IMG/VR virus record: IMGVR_UViG_3300049440_000308
Coordinates: 1-62,308 of that record
Reading direction: 5' to 3' (one strand)
DNA length: 62,308 bases
From: a virus
The notes under the pieces are model-generated. The model was not told the origin of the DNA. It saw only the letters and a program-made list of their open reading frames with translations, and did not search any database. Position numbers and translations under genes: made by a program. Below are positions 36,458-45,812 of the stretch, piece by piece (positions within the stretch are counted from its first letter, which is position 1; the number at the start of each line of letters is the position of its first letter).

Positions 36458-38475
36458 TCGAGGCCGTTCAGCAGTCTCCGTGCGGCATCAAGCCGCGCCT
36501 GCGCTTGCTCGATCGTCAGGCAGTCAGCTGCCCGCCGCCCGGCCATCCGGTTGACCTCTCCCGTTACGCGCTCAATGTGATCGCTGTAACCCGGCTGCCC
36601 CCCGTAGATGCGCTGTACCCTGAGGATGCCCTTGACGGTCTCGACGACGAGGCGGCCGATGCCGTCGATCTGCTGCCGCTCTGTCTGCGGGATCTCTCCC
36701 GGCGGCGCGGCGGCGGGCGGATCGGAGACCGGGAGCATCATGCCGAGCTTCTCGGCGAACTGAGCGAGCACGGTCACGTCGTCGGCCGCCCCGACGTCGT
36801 GCTTGATCGCCTCAATCAGCATTCGCTGATCATGGTCAAGGCTCGCGTCATTGCTGACCGCCCGCGCGGTGGTCGTTTCCGCGGACTCCACGTACCCAAG
36901 CTGCTCCGGAGGCTCGCCGCCGCACCCGTTCCTCTCCTCGCGCTCGCGACGCTCACGTAGGCCCTGCTCGGACTCGCCGCGCATGAACTCGATGAACCGG
37001 GTCATCTGCGGGTCGTCGGGGGCGATGACGCGGCAAGACTGCCCCCGGGCTGGCATCACGTCCCACACCCGCAGGCCGCGCCCGACAAGCTGCTCCAGGT
37101 GCCCCCAGTCGCGGTAATGGGTGAGGATACCGACGACCGTGATCGCCTTGCAGTCGTAGCCGATGAACGCCTTGCGGACGGTCACCAGCACGTCGCCGCC
37201 GCGTCCCTTGGCCTTCTCCCCCTTGAACATCTTCAGCGCGCGCTCGGACTGCAGGCCGTCCTCACTGATGGCCTTCATGACCTGGAGGCCCTCGTACTTG
37301 TCGCTGAGGTACTTGTAGACGCGCTTGGCGTCGTTCTGCTCCATGCAGGAGATCAGGCCCCGGTACTCAGGGTTCAGGCGCTGCTTCTCCCTGACGTCGG
37401 CGACGACGCGGTCGGCGATCGCCTGCCAGACCTCCGGCTTGCGGAGTACCTCGATGAGGTCGTCGCCGCGCGCCGAAAGGTCGTACTCGGTGACGGTGTT
37501 GTCGACGCTCTTCCAGCGGACCCGCGCGTTGTGCAGCGTCGCCTCGAAGCGGCGCAGGTAGCCCTCGCGCACGCCGTCCCTGTAGTCGGCCTTGGCGTGG
37601 TGGAGCAGCTTCCGCTTCCCATCCTCGTCGTGATCGTCGTACTCGGCGAGAATGAGCGGCTGACCGTCTGACCTGTAGGGCGTGCCGGTCAGGAGCAGCG
37701 TGTGCGCGGCAAGGGCATGCAATTCGGTAATGAGTGTCCCGGCGCGGGTGCCGCCACCCCGGTCATTGTCCGCGCCGCAGAACTGCGCCTCGTCGGCGAT
37801 GAGCAGGAAACGTCCCCTGTGCTCAGCCGCCCAGTCCTCGTAAACCTGGCTCGTGACCAGCGACGAGTAGGTTGAGACGAACCCGACTCCCGTCTCGCCC
37901 GGCTGCGTGAGCGGCGGCCTGTTGGGGACATGGCGGATCTTTCCGAACCGGGACCGGGCGTCGAACAGCTCGAAGTTTCCCGTAACGCTGCCGTCGGACC
38001 ATCGGGTGCGCCAGTCATTTTCGCACTGCTCTGCGAGCGTGATGCGCGGCACGAACACGGCGATGAGGTCGGCTAGCCCCTCACGGTAGGCGTAGGTGGC
38101 TACGGCCTGGTAGGCGAGGGTCTTTCCCGAACCGGGAGAGGCGAGGACGATGGTGGTCCGCCTGCCGGACGACATGCCGTCGAGGACGCTGTTGACGACT
38201 TCGCGCTGGAACGGGCGCGGCCTGAAGGTGTCGCGGTATTGCAACTGGCTGCCTTTCTTGAGGTTGCACGGGCGGCACAACGCGCGCCCGTTAGCAAGTG
38301 ATGTCCTGCCACCCTTGGACCACGGCGTGTAGTGGTCCGCATGCCACCCCTTAGTTAGCGGAGCGTCGCAACCCTGAAGGCCGCACGCTTCGCAGCCTTC
38401 GCACTGGCATCGGCCGTTCGCAGCTGCGTATATCGCTGCTTTCTCGCGGTCGGTGAACCTGCGCCGCTCGGCCAC
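36454..38475 (-). CDS. HNH endonuclease fused to an SF2 (ResIII/DEAD-like) helicase
   Basis: N-terminal HADH..PWSKGG.T..NGRALC..CN; PRPFQ, SPGSGKT, IADEAQ, LTGTPYRSD and QLVGRGLR. Confidence 0.88.
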   Translation of the reverse strand: MAERRRFTDREKAAIYAAANGRCQCEGCEACGLQGCDAPLTKGWHADHYTPWSKGGRTSLANGRALCRPCNLKKGSQLQYRDTFRPRPFQREVVNSVLDGMSSGRRTTIVLASPGSGKTLAYQAVATYAYREGLADLIAVFVPRITLAEQCENDWRTRWSDGSVTGNFELFDARSRFGKIRHVPNRPPLTQPGETGVGFVSTYSSLVTSQVYEDWAAEHRGRFLLIADEAQFCGADNDRGGGTRAGTLITELHALAAHTLLLTGTPYRSDGQPLILAEYDDHDEDGKRKLLHHAKADYRDGVREGYLRRFEATLHNARVRWKSVDNTVTEYDLSARGDDLIEVLRKPEVWQAIADRVVADVREKQRLNPEYRGLISCMEQNDAKRVYKYLSDKYEGLQVMKAISEDGLQSERALKMFKGEKAKGRGGDVLVTVRKAFIGYDCKAITVVGILTHYRDWGHLEQLVGRGLRVWDVMPARGQSCRVIAPDDPQMTRFIEFMRGESEQGLRERREREERNGCGGEPPEQLGYVESAETTTARAVSNDASLDHDQRMLIEAIKHDVGAADDVTVLAQFAEKLGMMLPVSDPPAAAPPGEIPQTERQQIDGIGRLVVETVKGILRVQRIYGGQPGYSDHIERVTGEVNRMAGRRAADCLTIEQAQARLDAARRLLNGLE

Positions 38476-38966
38476 CCGACCGTCCTCTCATTGGTCGAAA
38501 CTGCCAACGACGAACATACACATCGCTGGCACCTGCGAGAGGTTCCCGCAGGCGGGCTAGCCGTCACGGGCGGAGCGCCTAACCGCCCCTGGCGAGGCAC
38601 CAGCCGCAGCCCCCGGGACGGTCCCGGCCGCGGGGAGGCTCCCGTGCCCCCGCCGGCCTGGCGCGCAACAGGCAGGTTTCCGAACCCGTAGCCGGACATT
38701 ACGGCGAGGGCGTCACCGTAGGCGCTCACCTGCTCCTCAAGCTCAGCCAGGCGCTCCCTGGCGTCGGCCCGCTCCCGTTCGGCCGCCCGCTCCCGCGCCC
38801 GCGACTGCCGGGCCCGCAGCGCCACCGCGCACAGCGCCTCGACTGCCGCGCAGGGCAGCCACAGGTGCGCCGTCCAGTGCGCGCGGAACTCCGCCCCGGC
38901 CCCCGCCATCGCGGGCCACAAGCCCGTCACCACGGTCCACAGGACACGCCTTAGGACAGTTTCCAT
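38355..38966 (-). CDS. putative membrane protein (3' end uncertain)
   Basis: Hydrophobic N-terminus and coiled coil; frame reads through the cassette boundary. Confidence 0.45.
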   Translation of the reverse strand: METVLRRVLWTVVTGLWPAMAGAGAEFRAHWTAHLWLPCAAVEALCAVALRARQSRARERAAERERADARERLAELEEQVSAYGDALAVMSGYGFGNLPVARQAGGGTGASPRPGPSRGLRLVPRQGRLGAPPVTASPPAGTSRRCQRCVCSSLAVSTNERTVGWPSGAGSPTARKQRYTQLRTADASAKAAKRAAFRVATLR

Positions 38967-39116
38967 CCCCCGTCCGCCCCCTCCCGCCGGCCGGCCGTCC
39001 CTGCGGAAAGGGGGACGGCGGCGCCTTACTACCTCTTAAACGCGCCTGCCCCGGCGGCCGGGGCCTGCCGGGGAGGAAGCCGCGGGGGCGGGCCTGCGGG
39101 TTTGCCCGTCCTTGCG

Positions 39117-39143
39117 GTACACGGCCACTGAATGGCCGTGTAC
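39117..39143. promoter_or_regulatory. 11-bp inverted repeat (operator or hairpin)
   Basis: GTACACGGCCA-ctgaa-TGGCCGTGTAC. Confidence 0.45.
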
Positions 39144-39198
39144 GGGAAACGCTACCGCAACCCTCGTGGGATTGCACCGCGCACGCCCCGGGGGGGCG

Positions 39199-39408
39199 TC
39201 AGGAGCCCCGCGCCAGGCGCTCCGCGAGGGCCGCCCGGCTGCCCGTGCGCGTCTTGCGGTACGCGGCCAGCAGGTGCGCCCGGGCGGTGAACGGCGAGAT
39301 GCCGAGGCGCTCCCCGACCTGCCCGTACGTCATCCCCGTCACGGCGAGGCGGGCAACCTCAAGCTCCCGCGGGCTCAGCGGCGCCGGCGTCCCCGCCGGG
39401 CGCCTCAC
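39199..39408 (-). CDS. stand-alone LuxR-type HTH
   Basis: LSPRELEVARLAVTGMTYGQVGERLGISPFTARAHL..YRK. Confidence 0.85.
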   Translation of the reverse strand: MRRPAGTPAPLSPRELEVARLAVTGMTYGQVGERLGISPFTARAHLLAAYRKTRTGSRAALAERLARGS

Positions 39409-40001
39409 CGCGTCACCGCCGGCTCCCAGACGGGCTTGCCGCCGCGCAGCCGCCCCGTCCACGCCGCCCCGGTGCGCTCATGTCCCGGGATCAGGGTCCC
39501 GCCCTTTCCCGCGGCGATCACGAACCTGGCCTCCTCGACCAGGGCCGTCACCCCGGCGCCGAGGACCGTCGCGGCGACCTCGAGCGCCCGGTCCCGGGTC
39601 CCGGTCACCCCGCGGAAGCGGCCCGCCTCCCACAGGAAGACCGCGTCCGCGCTCAGGGGAACCCCAGGGCGGCGCGCTGCCGGGCACCGCGCATCGCCGC
39701 GGTCTCGAAGGCCACCGGGGCGCACAGCGCGCCGTCATCGTCATCGCCGCCGGCGGCGGGGGCGGCGCACCGCTCGTCCCCGGTGCCCGCGTGGACCGCA
39801 CGGCTCATCTCGGGATCGAGCGGCAGCAGCAGCGGGCCGCCCAGCAGCAAGACGGGCAGGTGACAGTGCCGGCACCACCGGCCGGACTCTACGCTGTAGT
39901 CCCCTCGCATGAGCGGAACGCTAATCACGGTATCGGGCAGGTACAAGGGACGCCGTGCCCTACCTGCCGTTGCGGACGTGACCGGAGGGCGCGGGGGGTC
40001 A

Positions 40002-41207
40002 TCAGCTCACTCCCGTGACGGCCTGGAGGCGCTTGAGCGGGGGCGTCAGGCGCCGCTGCTGCTCCACCAGCTCCCGCACCAGGCCCCGGGCGATCCCCTG
40101 GTGCCGGAACCACTGCGGTGACACCTCGCACGCCGTCAGCAGCGCCCCCGTCGCCTGCCGGTGCCGGCCCGCGTCGACCAGGGCCTGCGCGACGTCCAGG
40201 TGGTGGGCGCCCCACGAGACCGGCAGCAGGTCCTCGCGCCGCACCCCCTTCGCCGCCTCCAGCGCCCGCCCCGGCTCCCGCAGGACCGCCGAGGTGTAGC
40301 ACCGTTGCATCGCGACCTGGGTGGGGCCGAACGAAACCTGGTAGTCGTGCCGGTCCGCCGGCAGGAACGAGGCCGCCTCCGCCGCCGCCTCCATGTACCG
40401 CTCGACCCCGGGGGCGTCCGCCAGCGCCGCGGCGGGGGCGGCGGCGGTCAGCAGCAGCGCCCCCCACGCCGTCAGGTGCACCGGGGAGGCGGCCCCGAGT
40501 GCCCGCGGCTCGACGGCGGCCGCGGCCCGCCGCGCCACCGTCTCCGCGTCAGCGTGGCGCCCCTGGTGCAGCAGCACCCAGGAGGCCGTCCCGGCGAGGA
40601 CCGCGTGCTGCAGCTCGTCGTCCCCCCGGGCGGCCGCCGCCAGGGCCCGCTCGGCGGCGGCCATCGCCAGGTCGTCGTTGCCCGTGTGGACCATCAGGTC
40701 GGCGGCGAGCTGGCAGGACTGCGCGAGCGCCTTGCACGCGGGCGCCCCGCCGTCCCCCGCGGCGAGCCTCGCCTCCCCGATCAGGCCGGGGAGCATCGCG
40801 GCGAGCTCGGCGAAGCCGCCCCGCCAGTAATAGTCCCAGCCGCGGCGGACCAGCGCCGCCAGGTCCGCCGCGCCGAGCGGCTCCCCGTCCTCGCCCGGGC
40901 CGGCCCCCGGGTACAGGTCCGCCGGGGACAGGAGCGCGTCCCGGACGGCGAGGATCCCGTCCGGGGCCTGCCGCTCGAGCCTTTCCCGCCTGCCCAGCAG
41001 CGCCGAAGGAGTCACGCCCAGCCCCCTCGCCAGGTCGCCCAGCGTCTTCACCCGCGCGGACGTGCGCCGGCCCTGCTCCAGCTTCCGGATGACGTCCTTG
41101 CTCACGCCGGACCTCTCAGCAAGCTCCTCCTGCGTTATTGCGCGCTCATGTCGGAATTTGCGCAGCCGCTCGCCAATTGTGGCGTCGGCGGTGATATCCT
41201 CTGGCAT
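40002..41207 (-). CDS. XRE HTH regulator with C-terminal helical/TPR-like domain
   Basis: IGERLRKFR..TQEELAERSGVSKDVIRKLEQG; SFGPTQV motif. Confidence 0.85.
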   Translation of the reverse strand: MPEDITADATIGERLRKFRHERAITQEELAERSGVSKDVIRKLEQGRRTSARVKTLGDLARGLGVTPSALLGRRERLERQAPDGILAVRDALLSPADLYPGAGPGEDGEPLGAADLAALVRRGWDYYWRGGFAELAAMLPGLIGEARLAAGDGGAPACKALAQSCQLAADLMVHTGNDDLAMAAAERALAAAARGDDELQHAVLAGTASWVLLHQGRHADAETVARRAAAAVEPRALGAASPVHLTAWGALLLTAAAPAAALADAPGVERYMEAAAEAASFLPADRHDYQVSFGPTQVAMQRCYTSAVLREPGRALEAAKGVRREDLLPVSWGAHHLDVAQALVDAGRHRQATGALLTACEVSPQWFRHQGIARGLVRELVEQQRRLTPPLKRLQAVTGVS

Positions 41208-41439
41208 AAGAGAGACCTCGCCCGTGATTGTGTGACCCTCAGCAAGTCCACATTACCGCGCGAGGTCGAATCTTTCCCGGTGACGATTGCCCGATCAGCG
41301 TAAATACCTAGATCGCGGCACAACAGGGCAGTATGCGGCATAGGTGCCTAGGCACCCCTGCCGGCACCGCATTTCACGCTGGTGCCTCTACTGGCCCCTG
41401 GCCGCCTCCCGGCGTGCGGGCCCATGCGTCACCGTTGAG

Positions 41440-42060
41440 CTATGCGGCCTGGTGATCCAGATTGCACCGCTCGCCGTCCGCCTTCGACTTATTGCACCAG
41501 CCGCACAGGACCTGGAACCCGCCAGGGAACCCGTTGGCGATAAGCCACCTGTACAGGCGCGAGCTTCCCGCCCCGATTTGCGCCCGGTGCTCCCTGCCGT
41601 CCCCGTTGACGTGGTCGATGCCCAGGCGTTTAGTTGTCCCGCAGCACGCGCAGGACCGGCCGTAGTGGTCGAGAACGGCCTTGCGGTTAGCGGCATGCCG
41701 TCGTCGGGCGGCTTCTCTGCTTGCCTCGGGGTTAGCTGCCCGCCGGCGGCGAGCGGTGCCCGGGCGGGCCTGCGGATTGGCTTGCCGGTGGCGGCGGGCA
41801 GCCTCTCGGATGGCTTCCGGGTGAGCCGCGTTCCAGCGGCGGCTTGCCTCCCGGGCGCGCTCAGGGTTCGCCTCTCGCGAGCGGCGGGAGATCTCCCGGC
41901 CGCGGTCAGGATTGGCCGCGTACCAGAGGCGGTGGATTTCCGCGCAGCACATCCTGCACCTGGAGTCCAGGCCGTCGCGCCTTTGCCGATTAGGGCCGAA
42001 TTCCTCCGGCGGCTTGATCTCGCCGCACTTTGTGCAGCGCTTGCCCGTAGGCTCGTCCAT
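41440..42060 (-). CDS. HNH-type homing endonuclease
   Basis: KRCTKCGEIKP..C..C, repeated ANPE..RE..RR linker, YGRSCACCG..IDHVNGDG..QVLC..CN. Confidence 0.85.
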   Translation of the reverse strand: MDEPTGKRCTKCGEIKPPEEFGPNRQRRDGLDSRCRMCCAEIHRLWYAANPDRGREISRRSREANPERAREASRRWNAAHPEAIREAARRHRQANPQARPGTARRRRAANPEASREAARRRHAANRKAVLDHYGRSCACCGTTKRLGIDHVNGDGREHRAQIGAGSSRLYRWLIANGFPGGFQVLCGWCNKSKADGERCNLDHQAA

Positions 42061-42437
42061 AGCTCTCGCTCCTGGCATATCAGGGGATGAGGGTTAGGCG
42101 CCGGATGAGTGTTCCATCACTCGCCGGTGCCGTTTACGTTATTCGATCGCGCCGACGAACAGTAGGCGCGACGCGCCCGGACACGTACCTACGGGCGAAT
42201 CAGTATCTCCCCCATGAGCGCCAGGTCGTTGTCCGCCACTGCGGCCTCGTCCTTATCAAGGTCGTCCCATTCCTCAACCCGGTCACGCAGGCCCGGGGGA
42301 AGCACCCAGAAGCCGATCACGGCAAGCCTGTCCCTTACGGGCCCGGGCAAGCATGAGGGGTCCACGCGAGTTCTCTCCGGGGTCCAGGGGGAGGCGCGCG
42401 AGTGCGCGAAGCCAAGCCTACCGGGGGGCGGGGAGCC

Positions 42438-42665
42438 TCATGCGGCATCCCGGCCCTCGCGCGCCTCTGCCCGCCTCCGCCGCAGGGTCCTCGCCGACGC
42501 CTGCCCGTCACTCACCCTCGGCCGTCCCTGCGGCCACTGCACCGGCCACGACTGGAGCGTCCGCAGGGGGACGCCGAGCGCGGCCGACACTTCCCGCTGC
42601 GTCTTGCCTGAAGACGCGAGGGCCCTCGCCTGCCCGGCGAGGGCCTCGTTGCGCGTGCGGGGCAT
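42438..42665 (-). CDS. small HTH protein
   Basis: GKTQREVSAALGVPLRTLQSW. Confidence 0.7.
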   Translation of the reverse strand: MPRTRNEALAGQARALASSGKTQREVSAALGVPLRTLQSWPVQWPQGRPRVSDGQASARTLRRRRAEAREGRDAA

Positions 42666-42853
42666 CAGATGCCGGTCAGATCCAGCGCGGGCATCCCGAG
42701 TTCCTTGCGCAACTGGGTTGACGCCTTGAGCAGACGGCGGATGTCGCTGTCGCTGAGGCCGGGCCGGATGTTCCCGTTCTCGTCGAGGAGCTTGCCTTCT
42801 ACGGCAGCCTTGGCCCGGCTGATATCGCCGATGCGGTCCGCGGGGGTCCTCAT
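42665..42853 (-). CDS. hypothetical protein
   Basis: GGAG RBS; a TTGACT promoter-like sequence lies upstream. Confidence 0.6.
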   Translation of the reverse strand: MRTPADRIGDISRAKAAVEGKLLDENGNIRPGLSDSDIRRLLKASTQLRKELGMPALDLTGI

Positions 42854-42947
42854 GGCGTGGTTCTCCGTTCGGTTGACTTGACTGCCTGACAAGACCTATT
42901 CTTGCGGGTTTTTGGCCGGAAGTCAAGGGAGACAGGGGGGGGAACCG

Positions 42948-43262
42948 TCAGCCCGTGAACCTCCGCACGGTGATCTCGAACTCGTCCACGCCCTCGCAGG
43001 CACCGAACGCGAGGGCGAACGCCCGCGCCGTGTCCCCCTGCGCTACCAGCAGGTGCATGGCGCAGGGGTTCCCCGGCAGCGTCACCGTCACCTCGACTGG
43101 CCTCGCACCGGATGAGGGCAGCTCCGGCCAGAGGGCTTCCATCGCGCCCGCTGGGATCTCCGTGAACGGCTCCGGGCGCGTCAGCGGCAGGTAGTCCATG
43201 TCCTCACGGTAAAACCCGGCACCGACATTTCCCCCGGGGACGCCGAGAGCCCCCGGGGTCAC
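42948..43262 (-). CDS. hypothetical protein
   Basis: Coding-like ORF. Confidence 0.5.
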   Translation of the reverse strand: MTPGALGVPGGNVGAGFYREDMDYLPLTRPEPFTEIPAGAMEALWPELPSSGARPVEVTVTLPGNPCAMHLLVAQGDTARAFALAFGACEGVDEFEITVRRFTG

Positions 43263-43335
43263 GGGGGCTCAGGGGCATCATCACTTGCCGGCCTCCAGGA
43301 TGCGCGGCACCCGGGGCCGCAGTCAAGGCGGCCCG

Positions 43336-43602
43336 CTAAACGGGACTCCAGGCGCACAGCGTCCCGTCGCCGAGCTGGCGCTCCGAAGCGAACTGCGCCT
43401 CCCCGTCGCCGCTCCCGTCCGGCCTGATGACCAGCCACCCCGGGTACATCACGTCCTCGCGCCCGTCGACGGAGACGACCGCGTTCCCGGCCTCCTCCCG
43501 CAGGAACTGGCTCCCGGCCAGCTCGATGAACCTCCCCCGGGTGCCCTCGCCCCAGGCCTCGGCATCGCCCTCAACGGGGGCGGCGTTCCTCGAAACGCGC
43601 AT
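43336..43602 (-). CDS. hypothetical protein
   Basis: GAGGA RBS; PGWLVIRPDG. Confidence 0.5.
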   Translation of the reverse strand: MRVSRNAAPVEGDAEAWGEGTRGRFIELAGSQFLREEAGNAVVSVDGREDVMYPGWLVIRPDGSGDGEAQFASERQLGDGTLCAWSPV

Positions 43603-43804
43603 CTTCCAGTCCTCTCTCGCGGGGCCTCGGCAAAGGGTAGCGCGCCGGCCGCGGGGACGACCTCGCCAGGGAAAGGTCACGGGATACCCTCCCTGGCCAG
43701 CCGGGAAGCACGAAGCCCGGCCCGCCTGGTGGACGCCAGGCTGCCGGGCTCCGTGTGGCCACCGTGCCGCCGAGACATCCCGGCACGGGTGCGCTGAACT
43801 TAGC

Positions 43805-43978
43805 TTAGCGCTTCCGCCGTCGTCGCGCCCTGAGGCGCCGCTGGTACTCGTGATCGTAAGCCCGGCTGCCGTACCCGGGCACCGCGCGGCGGAGACGCTC
43901 TGTCTCGGCCTCGTACGCGGCGCGGAACCCAGGGTCCCGCAACTGCTCGAGGAGGTACTCCTCAAGTTCATCTTCCAT
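43805..43978 (-). CDS. small protein with basic HEYQRRL tail
   Basis: EEYLLEQLRDPGFRAAYEAE; GGAGG RBS. Confidence 0.55.
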   Translation of the reverse strand: MEDELEEYLLEQLRDPGFRAAYEAETERLRRAVPGYGSRAYDHEYQRRLRARRRRKR

Positions 43979-44360
43979 GCCGCCGCCTCCGCCTCGCCGC
44001 AAGGCGCCGCTGATACTCGTGCCCGTCAACGGTGAGCGGCTTCGGCTTCCGCCCCGGGTGGCACGTGAGGCAGCGGCGGTGCAGCGAAGGGTAGAGCGCG
44101 GCACCCAGGTCATGGAACACCTTCGCGGCGCCCTCGATCCCGGGGCAGAGGGCGCGGGCCAGCATGCCGCCGAGCTCGTTCAGCGCCCGGTGAAGCTCTC
44201 CCGTGTCGACCGGGACCGGAACCAGGACGATGCCCGCCCTTGCCGCGGGGCTGGCCGGCCTGAGCTCCCGCCGGTCCCCCGGGACCCATCGCATCGCGTC
44301 GGCGCCCGTCTCGTAGTCGCGCAGGGCGCCGTCGATCGAGTCCAGGATGCCGGAGGTCAC
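43968..44360 (-). CDS. hypothetical protein with basic HEYQRRL tail
   Basis: ILDSIDGAL..DAMRW.P. Confidence 0.6.
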   Translation of the reverse strand: MTSGILDSIDGALRDYETGADAMRWVPGDRRELRPASPAARAGIVLVPVPVDTGELHRALNELGGMLARALCPGIEGAAKVFHDLGAALYPSLHRRCLTCHPGRKPKPLTVDGHEYQRRLAARRRRRHGR

Positions 44361-44640
44361 TCGGAAAGCCTACGGGAAGTCGTAGATCGTGACGCGGCCG
44401 CCGATGACGCCGGTCATGAACTGCCAGTCCTTGCGGCGGACAGCGGGAAGACCGTTTCCGGCGTCGCTGTCCCCGTTCCCTGAGCTCTGCCCGTGGGCGT
44501 GACTGTTTCCGCGCACCGGACGCCTCCTTCTCGCGTTGCCCCACGGAGAGCCTACGCCGGGAACGGCACTCGCAAGGGTAAGGACACTGTCACCGCCGCG
44601 CCCCCTAGGCGCAGTCCCGGTCGTCAGGGAGCATCAGGGC

Positions 44641-44916
44641 GTGAACCCGATCGCCGCGGCTGCGGCCAGTGCCGGGGCCGGCAGCGCGGGCGATGGCGTA
44701 GCCGTCACGCTCGCCGTCATCGCCGTCTGGTTCCTAGCCACCCACGGGAAGGGCACCGCCAGCGGCAGGCTAATCGCGTGGCTGCTGCTTCCGGCCGTCG
44801 CATGGGTTGTCATAGCCGTCCGTGACCCCGGGCAGGCGGGGAGTATCGCGTCAGGGGCTGCGGCGGGAGCGGCGTCCGTCGTCAGCGGGTTCAGCCGGCT
44901 GGTGAGCTTCCTCTAG
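44641..44916 (+). CDS. small membrane protein
   Basis: Hydrophobic helices; GGGAG RBS. Confidence 0.5.
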   Translation: MNPIAAAAASAGAGSAGDGVAVTLAVIAVWFLATHGKGTASGRLIAWLLLPAVAWVVIAVRDPGQAGSIASGAAAGAASVVSGFSRLVSFL

Positions 44917-45025
44917 CCCCGGTGTCCCGTGCCGGGAAGCGGAGAGCCCGGCTGCCAAGAGCAGCCGGGCTCCGCTATTTGACCCATCACGGTCCAGGGA
45001 ATCCTACCGCCCCGGCGCGTTCGCC

Positions 45026-45292
45026 TCACGACCCGCACCGCTCGCCTTCCAGGCCCCACGCCCGCCCTGCCTCGGTCAGCCGCCAGCGGGTCACCGAGCC
45101 GGGGCCGGGCCGTGGCACGCCCAGGCGGGCGACAGGGCCGCCGCAAAGCTCGCTCAGCGTCCGCTTCACCGCCTCGCGGGACGACTGCCAGCCGTCCGAC
45201 CTGAGGAAGCCGAACACCTCGCTCGTGCTCGGCGTGCCGAGCATCCCCACTGTCAGCGCGCAGGCTTCCCGCAGTGTCATGTCGCCGCTCAC
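45026..45292 (-). CDS. small winged-helix-like protein
   Basis: STSEV..SREAVKRTLSEL..WRLTEAG. Confidence 0.5.
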   Translation of the reverse strand: MSGDMTLREACALTVGMLGTPSTSEVFGFLRSDGWQSSREAVKRTLSELCGGPVARLGVPRPGPGSVTRWRLTEAGRAWGLEGERCGS

Positions 45293-45606
45293 GGTGTCGC
45301 GCTCCTCCCGTTCAGCATCTCGCTCATCGCCTCGTTCACCGCGACGGTCATCTCACCGGACGGCAGCCCGTCGCATGCCCGGTTAACGGCAGCCGGGTAC
45401 TTGCCCCCGTGGGCTGCGCCCTGGATGACCGCGTCCATGCCCGCCTGCTCCAGGGCGGCGGTGCACGCGGCAGCGGACGCGGCGGGAATGGTGGCGGACG
45501 CCGGGGAGCTCGGGGCGGAAGCGGCGTGCCCCTGACCGCAGGCGGCGGCGGATACCGCCAGGGCGGCAGCGGCCAGGGCGGCGGCGGTAGTTCGTGCGAT
45601 CCTCAT
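45289..45606 (-). CDS. putative lipoprotein
   Basis: MRIAR..LAVSAAAC lipobox. Confidence 0.65.
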   Translation of the reverse strand: MRIARTTAAALAAAALAVSAAACGQGHAASAPSSPASATIPAASAAACTAALEQAGMDAVIQGAAHGGKYPAAVNRACDGLPSGEMTVAVNEAMSEMLNGRSATP

Positions 45607-45812
45607 TGCTGCTCATCTTCTTTTTCGGTTGTACTGCTGGAACGTGCATCCGCGCCGAGGACGGCGTAGACGGTTGTGCGGCTGATCCCCATGCGGATCG
45701 CTATCTGCCGCTTGTTGACGCCGTCTGCGCGCAGCGCCCGGATAAGGCGGTCACGTTCGGCCGCCTTGTCCTGCTTCCACGCGCTGACCGCGGCGTCGAG
45801 TTCGGCGCTCAC
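45603..45812 (-). CDS. small HTH protein
   Basis: RDRLIRALRADGVNKRQIAIRMGISRTTVYAVLG. Confidence 0.8.
   Translation of the reverse strand: MSAELDAAVSAWKQDKAAERDRLIRALRADGVNKRQIAIRMGISRTTVYAVLGADARSSSTTEKEDEQQ

Larger units (their letters stand above)
35796..38580. mobile_element. 2.8-kb cassette bounded by the 15-bp direct repeat ACGGGCGGAGCGCCT
   Basis: Identical 15-mers at 35796-35810 and 38566-38580 enclose two genes. Confidence 0.75.

Noticed and set aside
39289-39304. 16-nt match (GAACGGCGAGATGCCG) between the predicted TnpB guide region (25390-25405) and the luxR-like gene, as a self-target
   Set aside because: With the predicted right end, three of the first four (seed) guide positions mismatch, so chance is plausible; revisit if the omegaRNA boundary maps four or more nt further downstream
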